Assembly (NCBI RefSeq): GCF_037042905.1
Contig: NC_087255.1
Location: 12,462,001 to 12,526,000 of the forward strand
Source: Lytechinus pictus
Lineage: Eukaryota
DNA: 64,000 nucleotides
Direction of reading: 5' to 3'
This document shows positions 12,301-25,300 of the stretch, one piece after another (the stretch's first letter is position 1; each line of letters opens with the position of its first letter). The position numbers and the translations under genes are program-made. The notes beneath the pieces were generated by a model, which saw nothing but the letters and a program-made list of their open reading frames with translations, was not told the DNA's origin and searched no databases.

Positions 12301-14075
12301 CGTTCGGAAACTTCTTCAAGAAGTCTTTCTTCAAGGGCATCTTTTTGCACCACAGATGTCTCCAAATCCGCAATACGAGTTTCTTGTAAGCCAAGTTTCC
12401 TTTTCATACCTTTGGTCTGCTTTTTCAAATTAGACACAGTCTCTCTCAGCCTTTGCTTTCTTGGTGTGTCTGGGGTCTTTGCTCCTCTTGATCTGACAAG
12501 AAGAAACTCATTGTTCAGAAGTTGATCCATTTCACGTCTCTGTCTATCTCCTTTCGAATTCTTCTTCACCTTCCTGTATGCCTTTACTAGTTTAGATATC
12601 AAAGCTGACACATTTTGATATTTAACTGTGTTACAACTTACATCCTGATAACAATACAATATTTCGCGCTAATACACTTTGAGATAATTTAAGAGTCATA
12701 GTCATGTACAAGTAAAGTTCGATAATCACTCCATTTTTTATCTTTCCAACTACAGGTACATGTTGGGGATCCGCTTCAAGAGTCGTCTTGTCAATGCCAG
12801 CTGATGTGGAATATGGACCGATGCCTGCACAAATCAAAAGAGAGAAAGAATAAAAAATGAAAATAAATTATTGGAAAACTTTCATCACATGTTTAAAGAT
12901 TTTTTTTTGTGATTTTGTTTTATATTTATTAACATAGTTCTTTTTCTTGTAAAATTGATTTAAGCTGTATTTTTTATATATAAGAAGCACCTCATGTGGC
13001 AAAAATATATTTCAAGTACTATGATTGAGAATTCACTTTTGCAAGTGTGGTTTTGAAAATGTTAAGCAAATTTACTTTTACTGGGTACATCCTCTTGTTG
13101 TGAACTGGTGCCTGCTTGCTGTTGCATGTCATCGACTGCTTCATGATCTCCCTGTGAAGTGTCAGGCTGGTGTGGGGTTAACAACTGGGGACCTACATTC
13201 AGAAAAGAAAAGGAAATAAATTTAATAAGACAAACAAGAGTGTCGCTAAGGCGAGCACATAATAAGCCTGCCTGTAACACGAAAAATGGAGTTATCGGTC
13301 AAGCAAGAAAAGTTGAAGGCAGGGACTTCACCTTTGACCTTCTGACTTAAAAATCAAAAGAATTCCTGGGATCCATGCTAGTATCATACACACCTAGTTA
13401 GATGAGCCTAGGTTAAGTTAAACTTAAGTTGTCGCGTTTACAAGGACTGCAGAAGGGTAAGTTGAAAATATGTCACTGTGACCTTGACCTTCTGACCTCA
13501 AAATCAAAAGGCTTCCGGGATCCATGCTAGTATCATACACACCAAATTATATGAGCCTAGGTTAAGTTAAACTGAAGTTGTAGCGTTTACAAGGAAAAGT
13601 TAACGGATGGACAGACAGACGGACATCGAGCTTGAGAAAATAATACTGCTGAACATTTATGAGAAAGGAGTTATAATGAGAAGAAAACATAACATACCTT
13701 GAAGGGATGATGGATCTGAGGATGATGTCGAGGCATGATGTTGAGTTCTATCATCAACTGCTCCATGTTGCGTGTCATCGACTGCTTCATGATCACCCTG
13801 GTATTCTTCATCATGTGGAGTGTCAGGTTGACTTGGGGTTGCCAACCGAGGACCTGCATTTGAAAAAGAAATGAGAGAAAAATTATAGTAATCAAGACAA
13901 AAAATACCATACATGCAATAAAAAAATGCGAGAAAGGAGTCATAACGAGAAGGGAAAAAAACTATAGCATACCTTGAACCCATGATGAATCGGACGATGA
14001 CGTTGATGCCAGATGTGGAGTTCCACCGCCATCACGGACAACCTCAAGTTGTATATCTATATCCTCGTTCTGCAT
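9351..14075 (-). CDS. hAT-superfamily (hATw-like) DDE transposase with coiled coil and C-terminal Spindlin-like Tudor domain; spliced N-terminus, one frameshift at 12631-12670
   Basis: The 1102-aa ORF 12659-9351 has HGDGT (D), MTDQG (D), YCKMHPL (CxxH) and PSTNLIGERDFA (E), and is homologous along its length to the 21134-24975 protein. Upstream phase-1 exons: 14157(ATG 14075)-13973, 13853-13698, 13192-13076, then an acceptor at 12824 (KIKNGVIIELY matches RITNGVVIDLL of the second transposase). No matching TIR pair found. Confidence 0.85.
13231..13630 (+). mobile_element. DINE/HINE-like (Helentron-associated) non-autonomous element in a transposase intron
   Basis: aaacaagag start, two ~150-bp tgacct-rich tandem units (~13330 and ~13480), gacagacagacggac microsatellite near the end. 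Class assignment is inferred from this architecture. Confidence 0.5.
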
Positions 14076-17000
14076 GTCAACAGCAAGTCTTCACTACCAG
14101 CTGCAGTTCCCAAGGTAACTCGTAATTTAAGCCGAAGACAAGAAGAGGGCTCTGAACCTGAGAAGGAAAAGATAATTCAAGTTTTAAGTTATAATTATAA
14201 AAATACTGAAAGTCATTGGATGAAAAAAAACTTACTAAGATGTAGACCTACTGATAGGTCTATGAAATAAATAAATTCGAATTTAAGGAAACATAAAAAA
14301 AACTAATAGTACAACAATTTAAATAATATTAATATTTGTCAAATTATTGAATAAAATTTGAAATCAAAGAAAGAAAATTGAAATAATATTTTTAGGATTT
14401 TTAGAAAAAAAAAAAATGACAGATTGATTTCGATTGTCAATTTTTCTCATTATTTCATGAAATATTTCTTCAAAATAATAATTAACACCATAACAAAGGT
14501 CCATAATCAGATATCAAATTCATGAAACATATCTCAAACATGGATTTCTAAATTAAATTAATTAAAAAAAGGCTTTCTATGCCATTTAAATATACGACTT
14601 CCATTAACAATACCATATTCCAGACATTCAGATGCATTTAAATAAAAAAATCCCTTATCAAACAAAATTCTTGTATTTTACTTACAGTTTTGCTCTTAAT
14701 ACTTATTTCGCACAAATTTTTTAAATAACAATTAAAATTTCATAACTAACAGAGCTCAAATCGTAATTAAAAAAAAATATACAACGAATGAAACCCAATG
14801 TGTCTGAATACCCAGACTAATCTCGACGCCCATCACGTCACTCACAGCTCCTCGTATGGTCAAAACAACACTGCTCGATCGGCAAGTCAGAATCGCAAAC
14901 ACTTCACCACACTCAAAATTGAAATTCGTAATTGCTGGCTCTTGATCAGCCAAATTCAAAGAAACTTTCACAAAATGCTCTCAAATATACAATTAGCAAT
15001 GCCACATGATTTTTATTTTTTCATAAAAGGTCATACATGTTTGTACTCATTTTGAAGCTTATGCATTTCTCTATCAGATAAGAAGACAGTTTTTTGTGAA
15101 TTTCTCTTGTATATGCAAATTAGCGTATAATTAATAAGGGGAATTTCAATATTTTTTCTACTCGATTATTGGAGGAATTCAAACCAATTAGATATCTACA
15201 TAGTATATCTTTTTCCTGGTTACTTTAATGAAATTTGCAAATTTTGTGAATCTCCAAGTGGCATTTCTCCCTGATAATAATTACCTTCAGGTTAATTATG
15301 CAAATTAGCAAATGAGTCACTGTTTGATTGGCCATATTAACAACCACATTTATGCATTTCCAGTAAACGTTCATTTATGTATATTCAGAGGATTTGTTAC
15401 ATAGATTGGATTATGATGTATAAATTCAGTAAGTTATAATCACTTTGTTGATCATGTACATTGCTTATTAGATATGCACATGATTGCTGACAATTAATAT
15501 TATGCATATCTGAATATATTATGCAAATGAGATGTAAGATATCTCATATCTATACCACTGCATTAAAGCTTGTGTAACTTGTATGAAGTATACAAGCTTA
15601 AAATGATCACTTGGTTGTTACTTAATATTATCCATCTTATTATGGACCCATAGGATATGAGTAGATCTCGTATAAACCATTTTGACTTCAGACTTGTATG
15701 CCTTTGTTCATGTTTATGTTTTAAGAATATAATGCGCATACCTGGAGGGTGTTTCATAAAGCTGTTTGTAAGGTTACGCAAGACTTTACGCACGACGGCT
15801 GACCTTTCTTGTGCCACACTATCCCTATGTAGCTCCCTTAGCACCTAAGATCATGTTCCAGTCGTGCGTAAAGTTGAGCGTAACTTTACGAACAGCTTTA
15901 TGAAACATCCCCCCCCCCCTGTAATCTGTATGACATCAAGTACTCATCATGACTTATCATATCTATTTAACTTGATCTCAGTGATTCCATACCAGAAAGA
16001 CTTCTTTAGAGTTGAAAAACTTGATAAACTGTATGTTCCAAGAATCCTCCACGCATGCCTATTTCCTGCAGTCTAGACATCTTTAATAAGCGTCCTCCAT
16101 TGTTCCTCCTCTTTATTTGCTGACCAGTGTATTTGTGCCTGTAGTAAAACAGAGGAAAGTGTCTTCACTCGTTATGCTTTAGTTTTATAATATGATATTG
16201 TGAAATCTTGCTGTGGAACTGTATGAAACTAAGTATTACTTGTGTCCTGGGGTAAATGAATAAAGTATATGTTGGCCAAAACAAAAGTACAAATAAATAT
16301 GAATAAGTGGAAAAAAGTTGTAGGAATAAAAGATAACAAATCATTCAAATCAATAGAAGGGAAAGATAACGAAGCAAATGATAATCACAATAACCAAAAA
16401 TATATGAAGTCCTTTTCCGTCAACAAAATTTGAAGTATAATAAAAGAAATGTAAAAAGCTTGCCTCTATAAGTTTATCGAAGAAACCATCCATTTTTCAC
16501 TGAACAGCAAGATTGAAAGGAAAAAAAAAATCAAATGGAAAGAAAAAAGTCAGAAGGCAGTGGCCCCGCCATGATCTAGCCTGGCACTTTTTCACTTGCA
16601 CTGCAATATCCTTTGAAACAGTCACACTCATCTGAATAAAGATTAAAAATAAAAATGTTGATTACCCCCCCCCCCCCTTTATTTGTATCCTTCATAGATA
16701 ATAAAATGTCACTGAAATGGCCAAAAGCCCTTTCCCTTCAAAAGAATTATATTGGGCCTAAGAAAAACCTAACTTTTTTTTAAGCAACACTAACTAAAAT
16801 TATAAAAATTCTTTAACAGGATTTTCAAAAATGAAAAAAAGGGCACTCTCTGCTGCCCACGCCCCCTCCCCCAAGGCCAAGTACAGTAGAAGCCAGACTC
16901 CTGCCTTTATTTGCATTGTATTGCATCCGTCCCTCAAAAAAGGCACACACACATCTTACAAATATTACAAATAAAATGTTGATTTTTATAATTTTCACCC

Positions 17001-19382
17001 CCACCTCTTCACTTGCACCCTTAATCCATGCCCTTTTTAAAATACTTGTTTATGAACCCCTAAATAACCCCGGGGGCTGGGTCCCAATCCCCGACCATAG
17101 ACTAAGCCGGGCTTAGACAGTTCTCTCCCACTGCAGATTCACAAATGACTTTTTATGTTCATTGATTAATTCACATTCCTTTATTGTAACTCGTTAATGA
17201 AATAAAGCAATCGTTTTTGCGACACTCCCAAATTATTATTAATAAACCCCAACCAAAATCGTCAACAGAATACATAAAAACAGGTACTAGCACATGGGAC
17301 TGCACGAGAATGTATGCAGCTGGCGCCCTTTTGGGTCGCTTCGCGGCAAGAGACTCCTAAATATGACATGTTCTTATTTCTCCAGCTTCAGCCACACTTA
17401 GGTGAGCACATTGGCTCAAAGTTTGGTACCATTTGAAAGCTGGCAGTTCAGCGAGTTCAAAAACGATAGTAAACTTATTGCACACCCCCTAACTTTTGAG
17501 TAAAATGCGACTGAATCGACCCTTAAATACCACTAAATTTTGTCTTATAGAACAACGCATAAAATAGATAGAAATATATCCTAAAATATCGAATTTTTTA
17601 AAGAAAATTTCAGAAATATTTTTACCTTCGTTGTAAGCCATCTTGCTCGTCATGCAATTCAAAACTTGTCGCGAAAATGACCCAGGAAATGGATGCTGTA
17701 CAACCCGGAAGTGCTTCTGCGGAGAGGCAGATGAAGCTCCAAACAAGGAAGTATAACATGCGTTCACTGAAATAACGCACTCGTAAAACTTCATTTTTTA
17801 GAATAAAAATAAGATGACTTATTTATTCAAGAAACATCATGAAATGAAAGACAGATGTATTTTCTACGGGTGAGTGACATGAAACTTGACACTGAACAGA
17901 GTGTGGTGTCAAAAAAGGACCCCCAAAATTGATGTACGTTTGGCGTCGCTAATACAATTTCATTACTCAAAGAGTTCTGGTAAGATCCGATGATTACGAG
18001 TAGGCAATTTCAAGCAAAGAAGCAGTATTACTGTAACATGATACATGAACATATCTGCTATTGAAATGCACACACAGTAGATCCAGGTTGCTGCTCAAAA
18101 AAAATATTCCAGGGATAAAATCCATGATTTCGACTTCTAAAGATTCTTATGACTTTCGCTAATTATGGACTCCAAAAGATCGATGACCAATAAAAATCTT
18201 GTAAGGGGAAGTGATTTTCGCCAGAAATATGGCTGCCGAGATCGCACATGTTCAATCTATCGCAAGAAAATCTGCAATGGCCGCCGCGGGGGTTCCCCAC
18301 GGCGGGACATTCGACACCCTTCCAAATATGGCACTCTCCCAAATATCGGACATTTCGCCTGATTGAATTGGAAATGCTTGCTGTTGACGCTGAGCAAAGA
18401 CGTCCGACGTTTAGAGCTGAAAGAGGTTCGTTTGGTAATAAAATATTTATTATTTACCGCTGTCTTTATAATTATTGATAGTAATAATTAAAATCAGCAT
18501 TTGCGCAGCTGATACAAGTTATTTTCTCAACAATCAAGCAATTATTTTGGGGTTTATAGCGTGATTTAAATCGCCGCGCACAACTTTATGTGCCCGATAT
18601 TTTTGGGGGCAAAAAACAAGCTTCTGGTAGAAAGTAAATAATTTTTGTTCACCATATTTTTTCAATTCTATTTTTTTTAAACTAAGAGGGTATTTTGCAA
18701 TGCTTTGTCACACAGGGAATAGTAACAGAGAACAATGGGCATTATCCTGGTTTAAGTCACCACTCCATTCACTGCCGTTCATTTCGTCAGCCACAGTGGC
18801 AAATTGTATAGAACGGATAGCGGAGCGTTCAACGCTAGCGGGCGTGTACATTTTGCTGATTACATGACGTCATCCAGACACTGCCGAGAGCCAATCTATG
18901 AATGAAAATATAGTAAGCATGCGGCGGTGACTTCTTTCATCTCCCATTGACTTTGTATGAGCGCACACACACCAAAACAAGTGTGCAATTCTCTATCACT
19001 TCGTACCAAAATCGACGTAGATATATTTTATATGAATTATGAAAGGTATTCTCGGTAGATCTATTTTCTCACCTATACCGCACAGGTAAGCGAATTTTGA
19101 TTACTTCTTGCTTTTCCGTCAAAATCTTCTAATTAGCGTCGATATGGCATCATGTTCGTTGGAGTTTGTAGTCTATCGCAACGTGCTCAAAGTCAATTGA
19201 TTTCTGGTTTCGGAGCGTCGCATGAATATGCATGAAATTGCAGAGTCTCAATATTTTTTGATCGATACTGGAGCGATCCGATCGCAAACCAAGACCATTT
19301 ACCGCGTAGACAATGTGCTATCGATATCGATGCTTTTGCACGCAGTCGCTGTCCGAGGGAATTATTTTGGCGACCACGTAGT

Positions 19383-22300
19383 TAGGCACGCTCACGCATC
19401 ACAAGAGGGCGCTTTTTCGCGAGCTCCGTTCGCTGTACAAAAATTGCGACCGGCGGCGGCAGCGTGACGAAGCGAAATTGAGCTCCAGAGCCATGGCATG
19501 GCGTTCTTCAATCCACTCATACATGTATATATCGAATGCCAGAAAAATGATTTAGACACCATATGGCTGTGTGACGTATGGACTTACCTTCTGACTCATC
19601 GGCACTTCCAGCGAACCAACGAACGACGATCGAGAGGCCTGGAAAATCACTTGTAAGTACCAAATTTGCCTGATTTTGTAGAAATTTTGAGTTTTATGAA
19701 TAATTATATTACTTGCACACTGATGCATCATGATTCATGATGAAGATGAAATTCTAAGCTTTAATTTAACACCGAAATTACGTGGGAAGAACTTAGCGGA
19801 TGAAAGCGATTCAGCTTGATGCACAGGCCTGTTGCAGGCAAAATTGTATCGATTTAGCGCCTTCGCGCTCTTGAATTTCGCGGGGGGGATTTGGCGTCTG
19901 CTTCATCTGCCCTGCACAGTCCCGCGTATCGCTTTCAGTGTGCACATTTGCACTCACTTATTACGTAGGTAATATTATTTTCTTCATTTGTTAGTCATGG
20001 ACCAATTTAACATTTTATTCACTTTAAAAATGTATTATATTACAATGAACTAGATGCATAACAAAGCACACAACCTATTATTTCCTGTTCATTATGAATC
20101 ATGATGGATTTACATCTTATTCTCAGACTTTTGTTTTTACTTGTTTTCACTGTCTTCAGTTTATTTTTTATTTTTAGATCATGTATTGATATATGGTATG
20201 ATTTTTTATTTTTTTTTCCTTTTATGAATATTTGATCTATTATAGACTTGGGGAAATCGATTATTTTACACACTCAGTATTTCTATTTGTAAACTAATAA
20301 ATTGTAAAATGCTACATTTTTTTTCAGAAATAAATTGGTGAAAGGGGGGGGGGGGGAGGTGCTCCGTTCTATATTATGATTTTTTTTTCCTTTAAATCTT
20401 TATGAAAATCACATGTATTTTTATTTTCAAAGCCCTTATTGAAAATCTTTTTGACTATGATTTGATTTATTTTCTTTTATTATTATTTTTGTTTCCTTCA
20501 GGTTTCGTAATCTATTCCTGAAAACGCTAAATCGAGTCCATTATCAACTCATCATCCGCATGTCTGGCGACTGGCGAGAAAATTTCCAGGCCGATAGTGA
20601 ACATCAGTCCAGGCCAAGGATAAAGCCATGAACGACCATATCTGGCTAATGCCACATGACAAGATCTCTATGCTGGATTACAGCTAGCATATGACTAGCT
20701 TGAGAAATTTAAATATTCAAGAAAGAAACATAAGATTCTTATCTATTATTTTTTTATTATTTAGAGTTCTGTTTTGTTTGAATTTTTCGTTCTATTTTTC
20801 GTGTTTTGTTCTCGCAAAATTCTTGGAAAAAAATTATTTCTGTGTCATGTACTCCTAACAATTTCAGCACCAATTATTGCACATATTTTTTTCTGCACTG
20901 CACTGGGAAAGGGGAGGGGGGGAGTAATTTTTCTTCCAGTATTTTATCATGAATGACTTTTATCTTAATGGCACTTACGTTCTCAGGAATTTTTCTTCAT
21001 ATATGAACTGTGGTCGAAAATCTGAATTATGGAATTGTAATAACTATTATTCAATTGTTTAAAGGGTTTTTTCAGCAAGGTTGCATCATTATTTTGCCTT
21101 CCAGATATTATTATTTGGCTTTAATATAAGATCATGGCCAAAATGTCAGAAGAGGTGGATCATCTGCTCCAGCTACCAGCTGATAGGATTACTAATGGAG
21201 TTGTCATTGATCTACTGCCAAAACTCACAAGAGGAGAGGGAATTACATGGTCACAATTTCATGAAATAGTTCAAAACAAATATGACTCTGAATGTTCTTT
21301 AAAGGCCCTTCAGACCAAGTTAACAAGGATCTATGGAAGGTACATGAAACTAAACAAAACAAAACAAACTAAAGACCAAAATGATGTGAAGGTCAACTAT
21401 CTGCAAGAACCTTTCGAGCCCCCAGGAAAAATTGTTCAACCTCCAAAGAATGCTAAAGTAGACCAAGATCACGATGCTGCTAGTCCTAAAAAGAGAAAAG
21501 TCTATTCCAATGATCAAGTAGAAAATTTAGGAAAAGAACTTGAGAGATTCAAGGACATAGTACAAAAAACAGAGAGGGAAGTAATGACTTACAAGAAGAA
21601 AGTGAAGCACCTTGAGAAGGAACTGAAAAAGAATAAAGAAAAGGTTCAGTCTTTCACATCTATATTTGGCAGTGTAAGAGGTGGAAGAAAACGGATTACC
21701 GAAACAATAAAGCGACTTAAACAATCTAAAAGGGAATGGAGGATAAACTACCAAATGACAAAGAGTGAAGAAAAACGGAAGACAATTGAAATTACGAGAC
21801 TTCGAGCACAATTGCAAGAAGAAAAGAGAAGACGTCAAAGAATTCAAAAGAAATACACAGAGCAAGAAAAAATCAAGGTCGCCCAGAAGCAACAGGAGAT
21901 TGAACAACTCAAAGAAACTGTTGAAAATCTTCAAGATGAAAAAAACAAGTCCCATCATCCTCAACAAATCCAAACCAAGATTGGTCAGTCCTACACCCCT
22001 CAGATAAGAGAAGCATCCTACTATTTACAGGTTGGCTTTGAATCAAGTTGATTTATAAAAAATAAAGTGATAGGAATTAAGTCATATAATGTTCATAATA
22101 GTAATTTAAAAACTCCCCTTGTGACATTTTTAATATGTAAAACAGGTAATTGATCAGATACATGATTGTTTCCTGTGATACAGTACTGGAAACTGATCAC
22201 AAAGACCCAATTTCATAGAATATTGTAATATGGTAAACTTTGCCATTCCGGGGTAACTTGTCTGGAATCTTTGATTTTGATTGGTTGGTGATTAGCATTA

Positions 22301-25300
22301 CCATGGGATGGCAAAATTACCATTATATTAGCTTGTATGCAAAGTTGCCCTGGTCTATGATATAAAAATTACCTACTTCAATTGTTATAAAAATGTAGCG
22401 ATTATTGCTTTTACATTTTCATTAATAGCAAGGATGTTAAAAGGGATTGAAGTTCACTCAAATGCAAACAGAATAATTCAAGAATAGGATCTTTGAAACC
22501 TTGATAACAATTGGGCAAAAAAAGTTATGATGAGCATGTGTATGTTGATAACAGCATAGCTTATTATTTATCCAAAACTTCCTGTCTTCTACAGTTCAAC
22601 TGGTTTCAAGGATTTCATTCCTCATTATTGTTCACAATGAAGTTATTTCTTCCTATATTTAAACCATTTTAGATAATTTTAAGTTTGACTCAGTAATCTA
22701 TAAGCATGTACTAAATTTCTTAAGTTCAAGTAATTTTTACAAAGTTTAATACTGTTTTAATAACAAAAAGTCTCATTATAATTGTTCTGGCAAAAAAGAC
22801 AAAGCCCAAATATGCTAACCCCAAATCTAACACTACACATTGATTTTCCTAACATAGTTTTAAACAAACTTCTGTCAAACCCTAACCGTAACCAACTGTC
22901 CTTGGATCAATTGCCACAAGAGCAAATGTCACATCATTCTGATAAAGATTGCATGCAAAATTATTACTGTATCCCTCCCCACTTTTAAAAATAAATTACA
23001 GAACCTAGGAGTCGCAGAAGGCAAAGTAAGTGAAGCAATTAGAGTTGTTGCAGAAACTCTATGTGATGTGACCTTCACGAATGAGCTACCGTCTCGGCAA
23101 ACTCAAGGACGCTTTGCTTCTGAGATGAAGGCAATTTGTCGGGACCAGATTGAGGAGCATTTTGTGTCAAAAAGCAATACAACATTAAAGTATGATGGGA
23201 CAACAAAATCGCGAGTTGGTCACCTAGTAGAATGCGAACTAGCTTCTAAAGAGAAAACGTACTTGGTAGGATTATGCCAGCAAGCTGGAGGAACAAGCGA
23301 CGAATATATCAGTGCTATCAATGAATCTCTATCGGATGTGAATCCTTTACTGCTTGACGGCATAGCAAATACGATGACGGATCGAGCGAGTGTAAATACA
23401 GCAATAGACAGGAAACTTTCTGACCTGAAAGGGGAATCTCATATCAACAGCTTCAGATGTGGGATGCACCCTCTGGACACCCTTGGCAAGGCATGCGATA
23501 CTGCATTAAAGGAGAGTGAAAGCCAAGATAAATATCATAGACTTTTCAAGAAGAGAGGGGAGAGTAATACCGCATGCCTCATCAGAAAGGTAGCTGATTT
23601 ATTCCATAATGAGGCAACTGGATGTGGTATTGCTCTGACATCCTTTCTGAAGACTGCTGGTTGTCCAGCGACAACATTCCCAAGATGGGTAGGAAATCGA
23701 TTTAACATTTTATTTAAATCTGCCAAGTGCTTAGTTGCAATGATGCCATTTATTTTGAATTACTTTCAGAAAGTTCAGAAGCCCACAAATGATTTACAAT
23801 CAGCTTTGTACCAGTATCTTCAAGATCCCCACCTTCAGGCTTGTATTTGTTGTTTAGCTCTTATTTCACTCAAGATTACGGAGCCATGGATGAAGATGGT
23901 AGGTACAGCAGACAACATTCTTGGAATTAACACTGCATACCAGGAAGCAGTCAATTGTATGTCGAGTTGGGAGATGGATCCACAACTGATGCTCTCTACC
24001 AACACATGTGCCTTTGGAGAATGTGCAGCTATACCATTCATTGATGACATGAATGATGACAAAAAAGCTCCTCTATGTCCTATCTTGGGGAAAATGATGC
24101 ACGAATGTGTCATTGTGTGCAAGAGACAACTAGAAGACCAATTGCAAGGGGGAGTCTTTTGGGAACCAGGACAGGATCTATGTGAAGCTGCTGCTACGTG
24201 TTCATCTACAAACATATCTGGTGAACGTCAGTTTGCAAAGGCAGACTCTCTCTTACATAGAGCACCAAACATTTCAGTAGGAAAGATGGAAGCCAAGGTA
24301 ATGTTTTCCTCCAATGACACAAGGGATTGGTTGGAAGGTAAATCTGCAGAAGAGAAAAAGAAAACAATTACTTCAGCAATGAAGAAAGGGAAGGAGGTAC
24401 GTAAACATGATATAATTCTCTCATCGCATGTATCAAAAGCAGTAAAAGAGAAAAATGAAGCAAACAGACTTTCACTGACAGAAAAGGAGAAGAAACACAG
24501 AGAGAAAATTGAAGAAGTGATAGAGCATGTATTGGAGGAAGGTGTAATGGAAGGCACCTCATCAATTGACAAAGTTCTCTCCAAGAAGACATCAAAGACA
24601 AGCAAGAAAATTTTTCTTACAAATCAAATCAAATTTCAGCAATTTATTAATCCATCCCCAAACAAGCATTACCTATCAAAATGTAATGTTGAAGAACTAC
24701 ATCAGATCCTAGGAAATGAGTGTACCAGGAATCAAGGTGATGAAAAAATGAAAAATATCCTGATGTTGATCAAACACCCCACCTCCCTCATGAGAAAGAA
24801 TTTCACCCAAAAATGGGAAGACAACCAAGGGGTGGAAGTGTGGTGGAATGGTGTCGTTCAAAACTATAATGGCAAGGAATATGAAATAGAGTTCAACGAA
24901 TTAGAGGAGTTCTTCTATATGACCCAATCCGAAATTATTTGTGACATAATTTGTAATGACCTTAAAATCCTATAATGACACTGTGGATTGAAGCCTAACC
25001 AAAGGACGCGAGGCCACAATGGGATTGGAACAAATGACCCTCTGATAGCAAGGTGAGAATCCGAACCAACAAGTGGTCCAGTATCAAAACCTTTTTCCCC
25101 TGAGCATTATTCCTACACATCCAAGTCAAGGTAAGACAATTTTCTATTTATTCTATTAAGTATGGCAAAATCATAAATGTAGACCTAATATAATTATTAT
25201 TATAGGAAAGATATTTCTAAAGTAATACTACCATAAATAATTATCACTCACTTGTTTTCTGAGGCCCATCTGGATCAGCGAACAATAGGGCTTGCCTGGA

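Noticed and set aside
9274-12389. Plus-strand ORFs overlapping the first transposase (and minus-strand ORFs within the second)
   Set aside because: Antisense shadows of a long coding frame; no recognisable motifs.
6836-18345. tatttggggg / cccaaata as TIRs of the first transposase element
   Set aside because: Short match with no TSD. The alternative pairing 6881/15552 (tagat.tga.at) also lacks a TSD.
17717-19911. Inverted 12-mer ggcagatgaagc / gcttcatctgcc suggesting homologous transposon 5' ends
   Set aside because: Similarity does not extend beyond 12 bp; compatible with chance.
9351-24975. The two divergent large ORFs as a RAG1/RAG2-like pair inside CACAGTG ends
   Set aside because: Both proteins are homologous hAT-type transposases without RAG1, kelch or PHD motifs. 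One lies outside the CACAGTG element and the other has its own TIRs and TSD.
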